Of a stretch of DNA of 64,000 nucleotides, positions 10,764 through 23,700 are shown one piece after another. The translations under genes and the position numbers were made by a program. Numbering within the stretch: position 1 is the stretch's first letter; each line of letters opens with the position of its first letter. The notes beneath the pieces were generated by a model. It had not been told where the DNA came from, ran no database searches, and worked only from the letters and a program-made list of their open reading frames with translations. The stretch comes from Halocafeteria seosinensis (taxonomy: Eukaryota). Where the stretch lies: the NCBI GenBank assembly GCA_001687465.1, contig LVLI01000066.1, positions 1 through 64,000 of the forward strand. Reading direction: 5' to 3'.

Positions 10764-13700
10764 ATGGAGACTCTGGATCAGCTCAAATATGCCGTAAAAT
10801 GCATCTATGGCCTCGATCCTGTACGTGAAGGTGGTTCGCCTCACCTCATTTTTGGTCCATTTTACCACTTTAATGAGCTCATTTTACTCCAAATCGTGTT
10901 CTGCGGGTGTCCCATATGTATGCAGGATGTCACGCCGGCGCAGCAGCAGGAGATGGTGCAGAAATTGGTGGCATTTGGCCAGACCAAAGAGGCCTGGAGC
11001 CTCCTGCCACAGCTCTTATTCGCCCATAACTTGGACCATAATGGGCCCCAAGACGCTTCTCAGGCGCAGTTAATACGCTCTACGATCCAGATGTATGCTG
11101 CCAATGCCGTGTACGATAAGGTGCGCCGGGAGTGGCAGACACTGGAACCGAGCCACAAGGACCAAATCCACTTGACGCTCTGGCAAGCGCTGGAAGCTAT
11201 ATGTAATGGTGCAGGCGCTACTTCGGGTCATTCGACCGTCCATAACAACTATCCTGTCCCGGGAAATGGACCTGGAGAAGTTCACGTTGGCGTCGTTCGG
11301 CGAATCGCTCAGGCTCTGGCGGCCTCCTCGGTGCAGTCGGAATCGTTACACCTGAAACAATTGACAAATGATTCTGTTACACAGTTGATACAAACTTTGC
11401 AGCACCCTAGTTCTACCTTGGAGATGCGATACAAAAGCATGGCTGCTTTAAGGGAGGCCATTGTCAACTGGAAAGGAACTTCTGAGGGGACCTGGTCAGA
11501 CGTGGTTTCCACCTTAATGAAGATAACAGAACACATGGCCTCAGCTGTGCCAAGCTTGTGGGCTGTGACGCCTTGTCAGAGCATAAATGGGTTGAAGATA
11601 CAAAAGCGGACTCAAAATGGGTCAATCATAAAGAACGATACTGATGCAGTCTTTGAGTTATTGAGAAATTTGGGGCTTCCTGTTACGATGGTCGGACAAG
11701 ATGAAGGGCAACTTGTCACATCATCCCTTGGACATGCTTTTCTCGTGTACTCGTGCTTGCAAGTGTTAAAGGGTATACCAGAAGAGCTTAAGAGTGTAGA
11801 CATCGCTCGATCTCGAAGGGATGAAATGCAAAATGCTCTGAAACTCTGCTTACCCTATACATATTCTGTTATAACGGGTGTTACTGTCTGTCCAGATAGC
11901 ATCTCTACCCCTGCGAACGTAGCCGCTTTTCGAAAAGAGACCGGAGATCTTATGCTGCCTAATATTGGGAGCAAAGTCCCACTGGAGGTTTATGATGAAA
12001 CGGTATATCTCCATACGCTAACCGCCTTATCAACCGAAGGGCTGGCGACAGCCCTGGGAGCAATGTCATCTTGGGCGACTATGGGAGAAGCTATTGGGTT
12101 CTTAAAAAACCATTATCCGTCTCTCTTTACCTCCTTATGTGCTTCTCTGTGCTTACCATCTTCAGATCTATTGGACTCTGTGTCAAGTACTATCGATGTT
12201 GTGCTACAAATTAGAGGGTACCCTTTGGAACAAGGGCATAATGATAGCCTCGCTTGCCTGTCCATGTCTATAGGAGAGAGCCGAAACAACTGGCACTCTT
12301 TATTGAATGCTTGCTCTCGTACGTCAGCCTTCCCTCAGGACCAGAAAGATGTATGCCAACGTTTTCTACACGGGATTGCAAATACATGTAATATTCTGTG
12401 TGAAAACGAACCAGAATGGGTGGCAACGGATGATAGTGCGATGACGGCGCACCCAATGACAACGCTTAGAGAATGCCTTCTGCAATTAAGTAGCTTCCCC
12501 CTACGACGAGTCGGTATAGTAGCCAATAATGCTGTCAACTCATTGCAAATGGTGAATGATGGTTCGTATGTAAGCAACTTGGTACCGTTCTTCAAAAAGT
12601 GGTTTCTAATCTCACTACCGTATCTTTCATATCCTTGTTCGTTTGGCAAACCATATGGATGGGAGGCCGTCGAGTCAGAAGTGTACTCGACTTTAAACTT
12701 TGGCGAAATGGAAGCACCTTTAGACGAAGAAGATTTCCATATGTATCGTTATGAAACCGCTATGGTCTTGGAGGATGTATTCGCTGCTCTTGGGACCAAC
12801 ACATTTGTGACGCTTGTGTCACACTGGGTGTTTGAGGAAAACAACGCGTGCGTTCATCACCGAGGGGCTCGTCAACACTTATCGTGGCAACGCTTGGAAG
12901 CTGCTATGTTCGTACTAAAGTCTGTGGCGGAGCCCCTTCTTGAAAGCCTGAAGACGAGTGTGACATCTTCCGAGGCTCTTTCTGCCATACAGAAACTTGC
13001 TCGTACTTGTTTGGACTTGCGCAGCACTCTGGCGCATGTTCCTGCCCCGCTTTTGCGCACCTGCTGCAGATGGATCAAATCGTTCTCGTCTTTTTTACAT
13101 CTGCCCGCCAGCCAAGCGAATGACCAGCCAGACCTGTTTGGAAAGAGTCTTGATTTTTGCTTGGACGCCATGGTTACGCCAGTAGAGGACGACGAGGATG
13201 AAGAGCTTGCCGACTCAGATAGTTCCAGTGGCAAAAACACTATAGATGAGGATGCCCTACACGATGGCAGTATGGCGTGCTTGGCGGCTGCAAACGCTAT
13301 TCGGACGCTGTGCCATAAGAGTGGAAACAACCTCCAGTTTTTGCAGTCTGGGATTATGGGGAGCATGATGACGAAGTTAACGAAGGCGCTGGAAACATCA
13401 TCTTCGCTAGGGGCACCGGGCTCTGTTAGAATCAAACTTGTCGAAGGACTAGTATTTCTTGTCATATCGGGTTATAAGGGGGAAATGTTGGGTATCCAGG
13501 AGACAACCGAGCAACTATACAAAGTATGCCAACCAGGTGTTCAACGCCTGCAAAATCTGTGTGATCAGCACACTAATGGCGAGGTAGAGGATGCTGTCAG
13601 CGAAGAAGTAGACGCACAGCTCAGAGTCATCTACGCTGTGTTCAAGTTTTCTCGAGTAGATGTAGCAACTGATGGAGAACACACTGGTCAGCCTCATTTG

Positions 13701-14720
13701 CACGGGCTGGTTGAGACATGTATTCCCACTATAGTGCGAGTACTTCAGTGCTTGGGGAAAGGTGCCGAAATATCGAATGCTTGCTTGGGTGCTCTTGAGC
13801 AGATCATCTCAGCCACCGAGAGTCTGTGCCGACCGTATCTGAAACAAATTTTTTCACTACTCCTAGGACATTTGGAACAGACAGGCCACTTTAGTGTTCT
13901 AGAGACTATGGCAGTGGCAGCTGAAAGTTTTGCTACAGATTCTTATGGGGAAGCCCGTACGGATACCACCACGGCGGATGAATTTGCCCGCATGACTTCC
14001 CAGCTACAGACTATTGCGGCACAAGAGAACAGTGTAATATTCCAGGACAGTGACGCAGCATCCTCTTACTTGACTTACCTACAGCGCATTGCGCAGTACT
14101 TCCCTGATATCGTACTGAAATCGCAGCAGCAGGTTGAGCTATGTCTAGACCATGCTCTCCGTGGTGTGCTACTAGGAAGCCAAGAATGTAGCCGCCGATC
14201 TTGTAAGTTACTAAGTACCGTACTTAGTCTACCTGATAAGCGCTGGGTATCGCAGGAAATGATATCCAATTATCAGGTGGCGATACAGAATACAGGTAAA
14301 GGGTTAGTAGATACTATCGTATTTGTCTTAGTCGATGAGCAAGCACGCGCAACCTTGAGTACTGGGAAGAGCTCACTACCCGACATATTATTTCGCATCA
14401 TCTCTCAAGTTGGCGCGGGAGCAGGTCAGTGGCTGTTTTCATCGCTGAAGTCTCAGCTAGAAACAGAGCGGCAGCGTGTTTTCAATGCATCCGGAAACAC
14501 GAGTGCCGCCGGCAATGCAATGGGTGGTCTGACGGTCGAGGATATCGATATGATAGTGACGTACTTACTGGGCGCTGCCAAAGTAACGGAGCCAAATACG
14601 GAGGTCGCCCAGTGTGGTAGGAAGGGAGGATTCGGTCGCTTTAGGATGATGGTACACGATTTGAGTGATATTGCGAGAGGCAAGAATGACAGAGAAGCTT
14701 TGCTAAGTTATTTGGTCTAA
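10764..14720 (+). CDS. Importin-beta family karyopherin (importin-13/transportin-SR-like); probable intron 10821-10925
   Basis: IBN_N-like YAANAVYDKVRREW, Xpo1-like LKGIPEEL, WQRLEAAMF, and HEAT-like helical composition. A GTACGT..TGCAG 105-nt stopless in-frame intron removes an uncharacteristic insert. Confidence 0.75.
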   Translation: METLDQLKYAVKCIYGLDPVREGGSPHLIFGPFYHFNELILLQIVFCGCPICMQDVTPAQQQEMVQKLVAFGQTKEAWSLLPQLLFAHNLDHNGPQDASQAQLIRSTIQMYAANAVYDKVRREWQTLEPSHKDQIHLTLWQALEAICNGAGATSGHSTVHNNYPVPGNGPGEVHVGVVRRIAQALAASSVQSESLHLKQLTNDSVTQLIQTLQHPSSTLEMRYKSMAALREAIVNWKGTSEGTWSDVVSTLMKITEHMASAVPSLWAVTPCQSINGLKIQKRTQNGSIIKNDTDAVFELLRNLGLPVTMVGQDEGQLVTSSLGHAFLVYSCLQVLKGIPEELKSVDIARSRRDEMQNALKLCLPYTYSVITGVTVCPDSISTPANVAAFRKETGDLMLPNIGSKVPLEVYDETVYLHTLTALSTEGLATALGAMSSWATMGEAIGFLKNHYPSLFTSLCASLCLPSSDLLDSVSSTIDVVLQIRGYPLEQGHNDSLACLSMSIGESRNNWHSLLNACSRTSAFPQDQKDVCQRFLHGIANTCNILCENEPEWVATDDSAMTAHPMTTLRECLLQLSSFPLRRVGIVANNAVNSLQMVNDGSYVSNLVPFFKKWFLISLPYLSYPCSFGKPYGWEAVESEVYSTLNFGEMEAPLDEEDFHMYRYETAMVLEDVFAALGTNTFVTLVSHWVFEENNACVHHRGARQHLSWQRLEAAMFVLKSVAEPLLESLKTSVTSSEALSAIQKLARTCLDLRSTLAHVPAPLLRTCCRWIKSFSSFLHLPASQANDQPDLFGKSLDFCLDAMVTPVEDDEDEELADSDSSSGKNTIDEDALHDGSMACLAAANAIRTLCHKSGNNLQFLQSGIMGSMMTKLTKALETSSSLGAPGSVRIKLVEGLVFLVISGYKGEMLGIQETTEQLYKVCQPGVQRLQNLCDQHTNGEVEDAVSEEVDAQLRVIYAVFKFSRVDVATDGEHTGQPHLHGLVETCIPTIVRVLQCLGKGAEISNACLGALEQIISATESLCRPYLKQIFSLLLGHLEQTGHFSVLETMAVAAESFATDSYGEARTDTTTADEFARMTSQLQTIAAQENSVIFQDSDAASSYLTYLQRIAQYFPDIVLKSQQQVELCLDHALRGVLLGSQECSRRSCKLLSTVLSLPDKRWVSQEMISNYQVAIQNTGKGLVDTIVFVLVDEQARATLSTGKSSLPDILFRIISQVGAGAGQWLFSSLKSQLETERQRVFNASGNTSAAGNAMGGLTVEDIDMIVTYLLGAAKVTEPNTEVAQCGRKGGFGRFRMMVHDLSDIARGKNDREALLSYLV

Positions 14721-14724
14721 GCTT

Positions 14725-17700
14725 CTATGAGTTTTGCAGAATCAAAGCTGTTCCTGCTAGGACGAATTTAGTGTGAGCGTTTTTTGGAATGGGGAGTGAA
14801 AATCTCGTCAGTAGCTGCTCGCGGTTGATGCTCACATAGAGTGGCGTTGCACTTGCCTCTTTGGCATCATAGGGTTCTTCCTCCTGTGTTGGAGCCCATT
14901 TTACGTGCAACGCGGGAAGCGGTTGAACCTCGGGAGCATCCGCGCGCACCTCTTGCAGAACCTCGTTCGTTTCATCGAGGGCAGCGCCCTGCAGCAGCAA
15001 CCCTCGCAAACTGATTATAGGAGATTTGGAGCTAACTTCCAATCTAGATTTGTCAAACGCGGCTAAAAGCTTTAGCTCGTCGGTGCTCACTCTTGCCACG
15101 CGTGCAGTCGTCTGTCTTAAAGCATTAAGGAACGCCTGAGGGCGATAGAGGGTGCCAAGATCTAACTCCTTGTTCAACACAGTGCGCTCAATACTCGACG
15201 GAATCCACTCCGTACCAAGTGCCTGTTGCCGCATCATGAAGGCCCGCAACCAAGCTCGTGGGGCTTCTGGTCCCTCAAACTCCTTGACCCACTTTTGGGG
15301 TACCGTATCTGTTAGCAGCGCTTTACCAAGCGCTTGCAAATCGGATGTCAGAGGAGCAGTCCCGTAAAGCAATTGTTTAAGCGCCTCCATGTCGCGCTTT
15401 ACGATATTGCGGATTCGAAGACTAAGTTCCGATTCAAGTCTTATGAAATCAGTCACCGGGGCCATAGAAGCAGCCTCCTGTTCTTTTAAGCGCTTGGAAT
15501 TGCGAACTTCTCTAACATCCACCACACCAGCTAGCTGCTCCCACAGATCAATTATGGGACCTAGCTTTTCGCTCCAAGCTTTCTTATCAAAACCTTCTTC
15601 CACTTGAGCGGCAACATGCATGGATTGCAGGCCAGAAAGTATAGATAGAGAATTAGCTCTCTGAACTGACTTTTCAATATTTGGTGGCAAGAAGAAAACT
15701 GAAGGATGATCCGTCTCCGACAGGTTTTCTATCAACGGCAGGAAGTCTTGTACTTTGTTCGAATGAGGCAGTTCAATCCCACGTGCAAGCTGGTTGCCAC
15801 CACCACCGCAACGCTGAGAAAGCACACCATTCTGGAACCAATACTTCAGATAACATCTCAGTACTCTTGCATCATATCCATTGTCAATCCGCCCACCGTA
15901 AATCGCGTTTTCAATAAGGCCTTGTAGGAATGTCCAAGGTACATCTGTAGCTTCTTGTGGATCCTTCCTCTTCGAGAACATGTGGAGCATAGCATCAAGG
16001 GTTTGAACCGCCGCACGCAGGTCAGCAAACGAGAACTCGTACGGCTTGGTCCATCCTTGTGGAACGTAAGTTCTTCGCTCCTGTACAATGCCATGGAACC
16101 ATGCTAAGAGGAACAAGAGCTGAGCGCGTACTTCAGAGCCTTTTTCGATTAAACCGGCTGGCCAGGCATCATATGTTCGTTTGATATTCTTCTTTAACCC
16201 TGGCGGAGCTTCATACGTTACTTTCAGACTATCCTGTAAGAGTGTTGAGGGGAACGAGTCGTGGGCTTCCGTTGTCAGCCATAGGCGGAAGCGAGAATCC
16301 GTGCTCGCGTTCTTGTACAAGATGGCAACTTCTTTGGTTAAAGTTGACAACCAGTCCATAACTAAGTGTAAATTTTTCAAGCAGACCCAGTGTCCATTTG
16401 CTGCCCCATCTCTCAAAGCCTGTAGGGCAATGTCTTGTTGTCCTCCTCCCATAGCAACTTCGGAGTAGTTGCTCTCGCCAATTTCGGCACAAGCAAATTC
16501 TTTCAGATCAGCACTCGGATCGGCACCTGGCGTCGTAATCATCAAAACCGGCTTGTTGGCGGATTCATCGCGCAAACTTCTGAACGATGAAGGAGGCGGA
16601 TCCACGGTGTCCAACTCTAATGCTTCACATACAAAGTTAGCCATTGCGGAGACGAGTCTATCGGGCCGTAGTACTTGCACGATAAGGACTTTTTCAAATT
16701 TCGTTAAGCCATTAGCGTGGGATGGGAAATCTATCTCCGGTTGGGGAGAGTGGGACCATCGCTCCCACGAGCCATCATGGAGCTGGAGTTGGGAATACAT
16801 TTGTGGGAATGTCTGGACAAAAAGACCAAACAGGGAGTGACGATCCGGTGGACCCCATGAGGGAAACTCTGGGTGTTGTTTTTCACTAACGTCTGGAACC
16901 AGTTCGCCGACGAAAAATTCCCATTCGTTGGGCGCAAACATGTCCTTGCGCATGCCATGGACTACATGAAGTGCAAATATCAGTCGATCAGCTTTGAACA
17001 ATGACCTGCCTACAGTAGTTACGACGCGTTTCTCTAAGGCAGGAATGAGGTCCTGAACTCGCTTAGACACATCCTCCTCGTCAGAGCTTTCGTCTAAAGT
17101 TTGCTGAAACCATTCAGTGTACGTCTCCAGGGAAAATTGATACATGTGATTGTGAGTACGAACAGAGGTAATCAAAAAGTACAACTCTCCACCTGCTGTT
17201 GCAAACGGTTGATAAACATTTCGTTGTCGATCAAGCTCAGCAGACGCTTTAGCCGATCCCTCCAAAGCAGATTCGATCTCCGCGGACTTTGTCTTCGTTG
17301 CAGTGAGGCTCTGTATAAGCGCATCATTCTCAAGAATATTTCCTTGAGACGTCGCTAAAAGTTCGATCAGCTGTCTCTCTAGTTGAGATAGTTGCATCTT
17401 GTAAGCTTCTTCCTGAGCAAGCAGTTGTGTTTTCTGCTTTTCTAACTCTGGCTTTTCATGTGCAATAGTGACACCGAGTAGTTGTCCTTGAAGGCCGCTA
17501 CGGGTCACCGTAAAATTTGCCTCGGTTACTAAAGCGGCGGCATTCGGAGGCAACATGGGATTCGGATTCTTGGTAGCGATGTAAACTTCGAAACCTTCAT
17601 TGAAGTCGAGAATCTTGTCTCCTACAGGAATCATGGTTCTCGATCCTTGGTTATACAGATCCCTACGTAGAATCGGATAAAGAGCTGGTTCAATGGAATC

Positions 17701-20700
17701 CATCCCAGTGATCAAAATTGTCTTACCAAATCGAACAGCCAGCTCAATTTGCGTTTGCAGCTTGTTGTCGCCAGCGCTTACTACCTCCATTGAGTTACCT
17801 TTCATCATAGTCCATTCGCTGCTTAAGCTCTTCGCTCCAGCTTGAGTGTCTCCTTCTTTGCTCTCCCCTTCTCCGGAATCCTCCACGGTAAACATTCGCT
17901 GGAGCCATCGAACTGCTGTACCAGCAGGATCTATGATGTAAGGTGTTCTCTTTGTCATGCTATTCGACGCTAAAATGATCAATGCGTTTTCCACCGACAG
18001 CGCGTCAGCAGGGAGGCCTTTGCTCTTCCATTCAAGTACCTCGCTTTCATTAACCAGCATACTTCGGAAGTCTGAATCCGACTTAAGCGGGCATACCTCT
18101 TTCCACGCAGAGAAGGCCTCCTCACGCAACTGCTCATCGCAGCCGCCGAGATAAGTCATGAACGCAGCGGCAAGCAGCATTTGTGGGGACAGTTGTTCAA
18201 TCGAATGTTCCAACTGACTCACTGTTGATCGCCATCTTTCCCTCTCCCCACTTAGCTTGTCTAATAGATTTTGGGCTTTGTCCAGTGTCTTCTCCGTCTT
18301 TTCGAGGTCACTTCGGACCTTTTCAGCTTCTGACGTTCTCACCTTAAACTGTTCCTTGAGATCAGCAACCTTTTCATCGATTTCCGAAATTTCCCTTTCA
18401 CTCTCTTCTATTTTGTTCCGGCTACTGGTCAATTCTTCTTCCGCCTGCTGCCTCTTGTTTTCCAATGGAGCCACCTTTTCAAGTTGTGCACTATACTGTA
18501 GGTTAGCTTTTACCCAAGAGGCGAGAGGAGCTGCAGCACGAGAGGTTCGTTGGATATTGGACGGATCAAAACTACTTGACTTTTCATTTACGATCTTTTC
18601 TACTTCCGTACGAACAGAAGGTGTCATAGAGCGCGCGTCGTATTGTAGCACCTGGTCTTTTACGCCTCTTTGACCCAAGAATTTCTTCATGCTCAACCAT
18701 GACGTGTCTCTAATACCAAGAAGCTTTAGCACAGCGGAAAGCACATCCACAATGGCGGGTGGTGGAGTTTTGAAGGAGCGTATTTCATTGAGATTGTCGC
18801 TCTGAATTTGACCCACAGCTGCTTTGGCAGCATCTAGCACGGGTTGCACGTCAGCTAATTCTTCATCGATCTTCTCTTTATCTTTGAGAATATCCTCCTC
18901 TGCTTTTGATAGTTTTGCCTGCAACTCTTTCATTTCATGTCGGCGGGATGATGCAGTTTCCAAAGCCTCAGTAATCTGCGTCATAGCGTTATCCGCTTCC
19001 GCTTGCTTTTGGGAGACCGTTTCCTTATATTCTGCTGCTTCTTGTGCCAGCTCATCAACATGAGACTCCGCCTCTTGCAATTTCTCGAGACCTGCTGATA
19101 AATGATCAAGTTCCTCTTGAACTCCTTTAACTTTTTTCTGATATAAACCTTGGTACGCATGCAAGAAACTAATGAAATCGAGCGGAGTAGCTCCTGAGGA
19201 CTTGGTTATGTATCGTTCGGCCGACGTGTGAATATTGACCATCTGTCGTAGAAGTTCATCCACCTCCGATAATTTATCTGCACTGAACATATCTGGTATC
19301 AACTTTGGTGGGATTTTCGAAAGAGAGTCGTGACGCCACGATCCCATCCATAGGATGCTCGTACGACTGAAAAAGGCTGGGTTGCTCTCCCCAAGTCGCC
19401 TAAAATGAGGGTGAGCGGGATCCAGAGATATTACAATTCGAAGATGCTGCTTAACTCTTCGAACGAATGCGGCGTACAGCGATGCTTGTCCTGTAGCCTC
19501 TGACTCCAACTCATCCTTCAACGGAGATAAAACGGTCTCCAGTTCATCGTGTGCATACAGTCCAGGTACCTCACCGGAAGATAGCAGTGAATTGATGGCT
19601 TCAGCCACTGATGGCAACTGCTCAATAATGTGGTCTTCGACGAATACGCAGACATCATACCCGTCCACCCCTGCACGGGCCAGTATGGATTTCAAGTCAC
19701 TTTGAAATTGCTTCCGCCCGTACGTGCGCGAAACAGAAAAGGTCTTGAATTCGATCCCAAGCATAAATGATACCAAGGAAGCCGCTGAACGACGGCCGAC
19801 GCCAGACCTACCCACAAGCGCCAAAGATCCTCCTTCACACGACAAAGCCCTGTCCACAGCCGCAATGTTTTCCAACACCTCTGGAAACAAGACCAGTCGT
19901 AATTCTCGCTCTTCTCTCTCATAAAGTGTTATCCCTCGTTCTACAATACCCTGCAAGTCACTGCGTCTAATCCGCTGAAGTACACGTTCGCGCGATGATC
20001 CTTCACTTAAACAACTGAACAGTTCACGATCCTGAGACGAATCCTCCCGCGGAAATCCAAACCCTTGGTCTAGGGGGACACGCCATGTTGACTTTAGCAT
20101 GGATACTAACAGTGTATCGAACCCTGAAACGTCTTTGGTCGAGACTAAACGATCGCGAAACACACGTTGGCACTCATACGCCAATAACTCCGCAGCAGGT
20201 TCAGTTTTCAAGTCGTAGCGACACAAAGCAGAGATCCAGGTTGTTACCTCCCGAGGAGTAAACGCGTAGTGCTGGTTTGTCGTCGTGGCAAATTTACTAC
20301 GAATCTGATCCCAAATAGAGACAGTAACCTTGGCAAGCTCTTCTCGAGTCTTCGGGTCATCGAGCGTGCTCCCTGAACCACCGATAGTCTCGCGCACTGA
20401 GTACAAGTACGTCGCTGCGACAGACCTCAGTTCGTCCAGCGAAGGATAGTCCATGTACGCAATCCTGATGCTGCTTGTAAAACGCGAAGACATACGATAA
20501 CGCCCCACAGTGCTTGAGGGATTCATAGAAGCAACAATCTGCACTTTCTCCAGTCTCAAAAACTGAAGACTTTCGTCATAAAAGCCATTGAAAGCAACTA
20601 GTTGATGCAGGAATGCAACGAGGGGACACGTATCATACTTGTCAGGCTTGGGCAAGTTGATGTTCCGGAGGAAGAGAACAAGCCTATCGCCCTCCCGAGG

Positions 20701-23700
20701 TCGGAAAACCTTCCCGCGACTCGAAGTATACAGACCACAAGATTGTCGCAAACGGTCAACAACATGTGCTGGGTGTGTCTCGGAATTACAATCCAGAACT
20801 GTAAGAGAAACGCCAGCTTTCTCTTCAACCAGACTCTTGATGAGCATAGCTTTGCCGGAACCCTCAGGCCCAACGAGGACGAAAGGCTGAAGAGTGTCTA
20901 TCCAGGGAGAGACCATATCTTTAGTACGCTGGACAGTCACCGTGTCGACAAGGGGAACCACATCATCTTCTGACTCTTGAGAAATATCCAGCGGGGCATC
21001 AGGGATTTTCGTTTGATATTGTTGTAAGCTACCATGTTCATCACAGAAATAATCCAGGGGCTTTTTCGGGTCTGGAATGCGGTCCCCGACGCGTTCAAAA
21101 ACAAATTTTGCGAATTCGCATCTCTTTTCAGTCTCTAGATTTCCTCCAAGTCCCCGAATTAAGCCAAGCGCAAAGCCAGCAGGAGTCGTAGCTGATTCAA
21201 TATGGCTGAGTACGTTCTTCACCATACCGACAAGAGTTGTTTCTACCACAAAATCGACACTCGCTTCCGCCTTACCCTTATCCCCTTTATTCCGAACGTC
21301 GTAGCCAAAAATCCATTGTAGTGCGGGATAAAACGCCGAAATCATCCACGTCTGCAACGCCTCGCGGACTCCTTCAGACTTGGACTCTAGCCACTTGCCC
21401 ACTAACCGCTGAATGTCAATATCGTCCTCAGAAAGAAATATCATACCCATACGAGATATGGTAGCAGGACTCGCATATGTAAGATCATGAGTTTCAAACA
21501 AAAAGTTGATGTTATCACCGAACGAAATTCTCTCGCCATTAGGCAATGTTAGCAAATGGTTGTCGTCAAGAACCGAATTTAGCGACTCAATCCACTCAGG
21601 ATCGATGTCCCCATCACAGACAATCCAACATCGGGTAGTTTGCGGTTCTCTGACAACAGCCCTTGCCGCAGCCGTCAAAGCCCCATCATGCCACTCCCGG
21701 GTATCTGGATCCATCCAGCCAAGCAGTCTCTCTCGAGGCATAGATTTCGGATTCATCACATGAGTAACGATTTTGATACCCTGCAAGGAAAGTGCCTTTT
21801 CTAAGACTCTCCACAAAGTAGTCTTCCCACACCCAGAAGGTCCCACCAGAACACAACCCATTCTCTGGTCCAACGCTTCTTTCAGTTGCTGCATCTTGTT
21901 GACTTGGCTCTCATCTACCTGAAGATGCAAACTTGGATCTTGCATAGAACGCCGCAGCGCATTTGCCAAGTCTTCATACTCGATATCTTCATTTATAGCC
22001 CCCGGGAAAACATCGGAGAGAAGGGAAGAAAATTTCATGGAATCGTCATAAGTTAACTTACTCATAGTATTGACTCTAATAGCCTTAACGAGCAAGTTCG
22101 TTTCCCGCATCCCTTCATTGGGATGCTCTTTCTCATTTCGCGATGAAGATCGTATCAATGCTCCACCAGTGTTCAGAACAGTTTTCATAGCACGCAAACC
22201 CCAATCATAATGTTGCTGAATGGATAACAACTGGGACGCCATCGCAAACAACGATGCCACCTTTCTACCTAGCTCCTCGGCATCCTTGAACCCCTCAGAG
22301 AAGAGTAAAGTTTCTGCTATTTGTTCATTGTCAGGGCGAGACATAGCTACCGGGCGGAACAACGCCTTTAAATTGTCTGGAAGTTTAGATCTTCCGCCAT
22401 AACCCTTACCAGCTGGGTTCATTGTTACAAATATTCCTGCGTGAGGATTGACATCGATGCTGTTTCCAAGCAGTTCCATTTCGCTCCTGCCCTCCTTTAT
22501 ACTTGCTTGGATAACCTGAATTTGTCCGCTAACAGCAGATAGTTGGTCCGCTTTCAGCCGATTAAACTCATCAAAACAGCCCCAAGCACCACACTTGACC
22601 AGACCAGTGAAAATCCTTCCCATGCTTTGGAAGTCAATCCCTTCATCACAATTGAATACAAGCACTTGCCGTCCCAAAGCATTACCCAATGCTTTCACGG
22701 ACTCGGTTTTTCCAGTACCCGCGGGCCCATATGGATTACCACCACAGCCAGAGGCTATACCTTGAGTCAGAGTCAAATAACACTTATCTGTCAGTGGAGT
22801 ATACACGAGTTTCGGAGCATTTCCCTGATACTCATAAGTGTAGTTCAGTGTAGCATCACACATGTTGATGACACAAAGGGAGGACTCTATGGAGGGATGG
22901 CCGTTAGCAGGTTGAGGAAGACCCTCATGAGGAACGCTTGAGGGTTTGCACAGGTAATACCGTAACTGTTTCTGCCAGTTCCAGTCAAATCTATCACTGA
23001 CATTCGCTCTTTCCAGCTGCGAGCAAATATCTACCTGATGGATAAGGTCTAGAACCAAACTCTTCACTTTAAGACGAAGTAGCTCGGAACCCTCCATAGC
23101 GGAGAAGTCAATGGAAGTATACTCATCCATCTGGTTTTGTACCTGAGCTTTGACCGCGGGAATGTCTCCCTTCTTTAGTGCGGTTTCAATTGCAGAAGTA
23201 AATCGGATGGACTCGGCTACAGACAAAATCTGCGACGGGTATTTCTCAAGATAGTCAGGTTCATCTCGACCGTGGCGCACACAATCGTCTAGGAGTTTCC
23301 GGAGAGTAAATACCATCTCTCTAGAGAGATTCTCAAGCCATGAGGTGACGTTGGAGTCGACAGTCACAGGGTTGCACAAACTTACTACCTCATCGGCTGA
23401 GCTGATGATCTGGGTTATGCACTGCGTTCCCTTTCGAGTTTCAATTTTGACCCGGTTTATACCTTGGAAGAGTTTCTTGAGATGACTTTGAATTACTTCA
23501 GGATCTTCAGCCCGGCCCAGAATCTCCAAGAGGTCGTCGTCTCCGAGGAAATAAAAGCGAGGCATCTTATTTCTTTTCTCTTCAAGGAATGAGCTCAATG
23601 CTTTCATGCATCGATCTAATTGATCGCTCATAGAGGTTAAGGTGCTTTGCAAATTTGGAAACAGTGCATCATCGGCTAAGTTAATGACCTTCGGGTCTGA

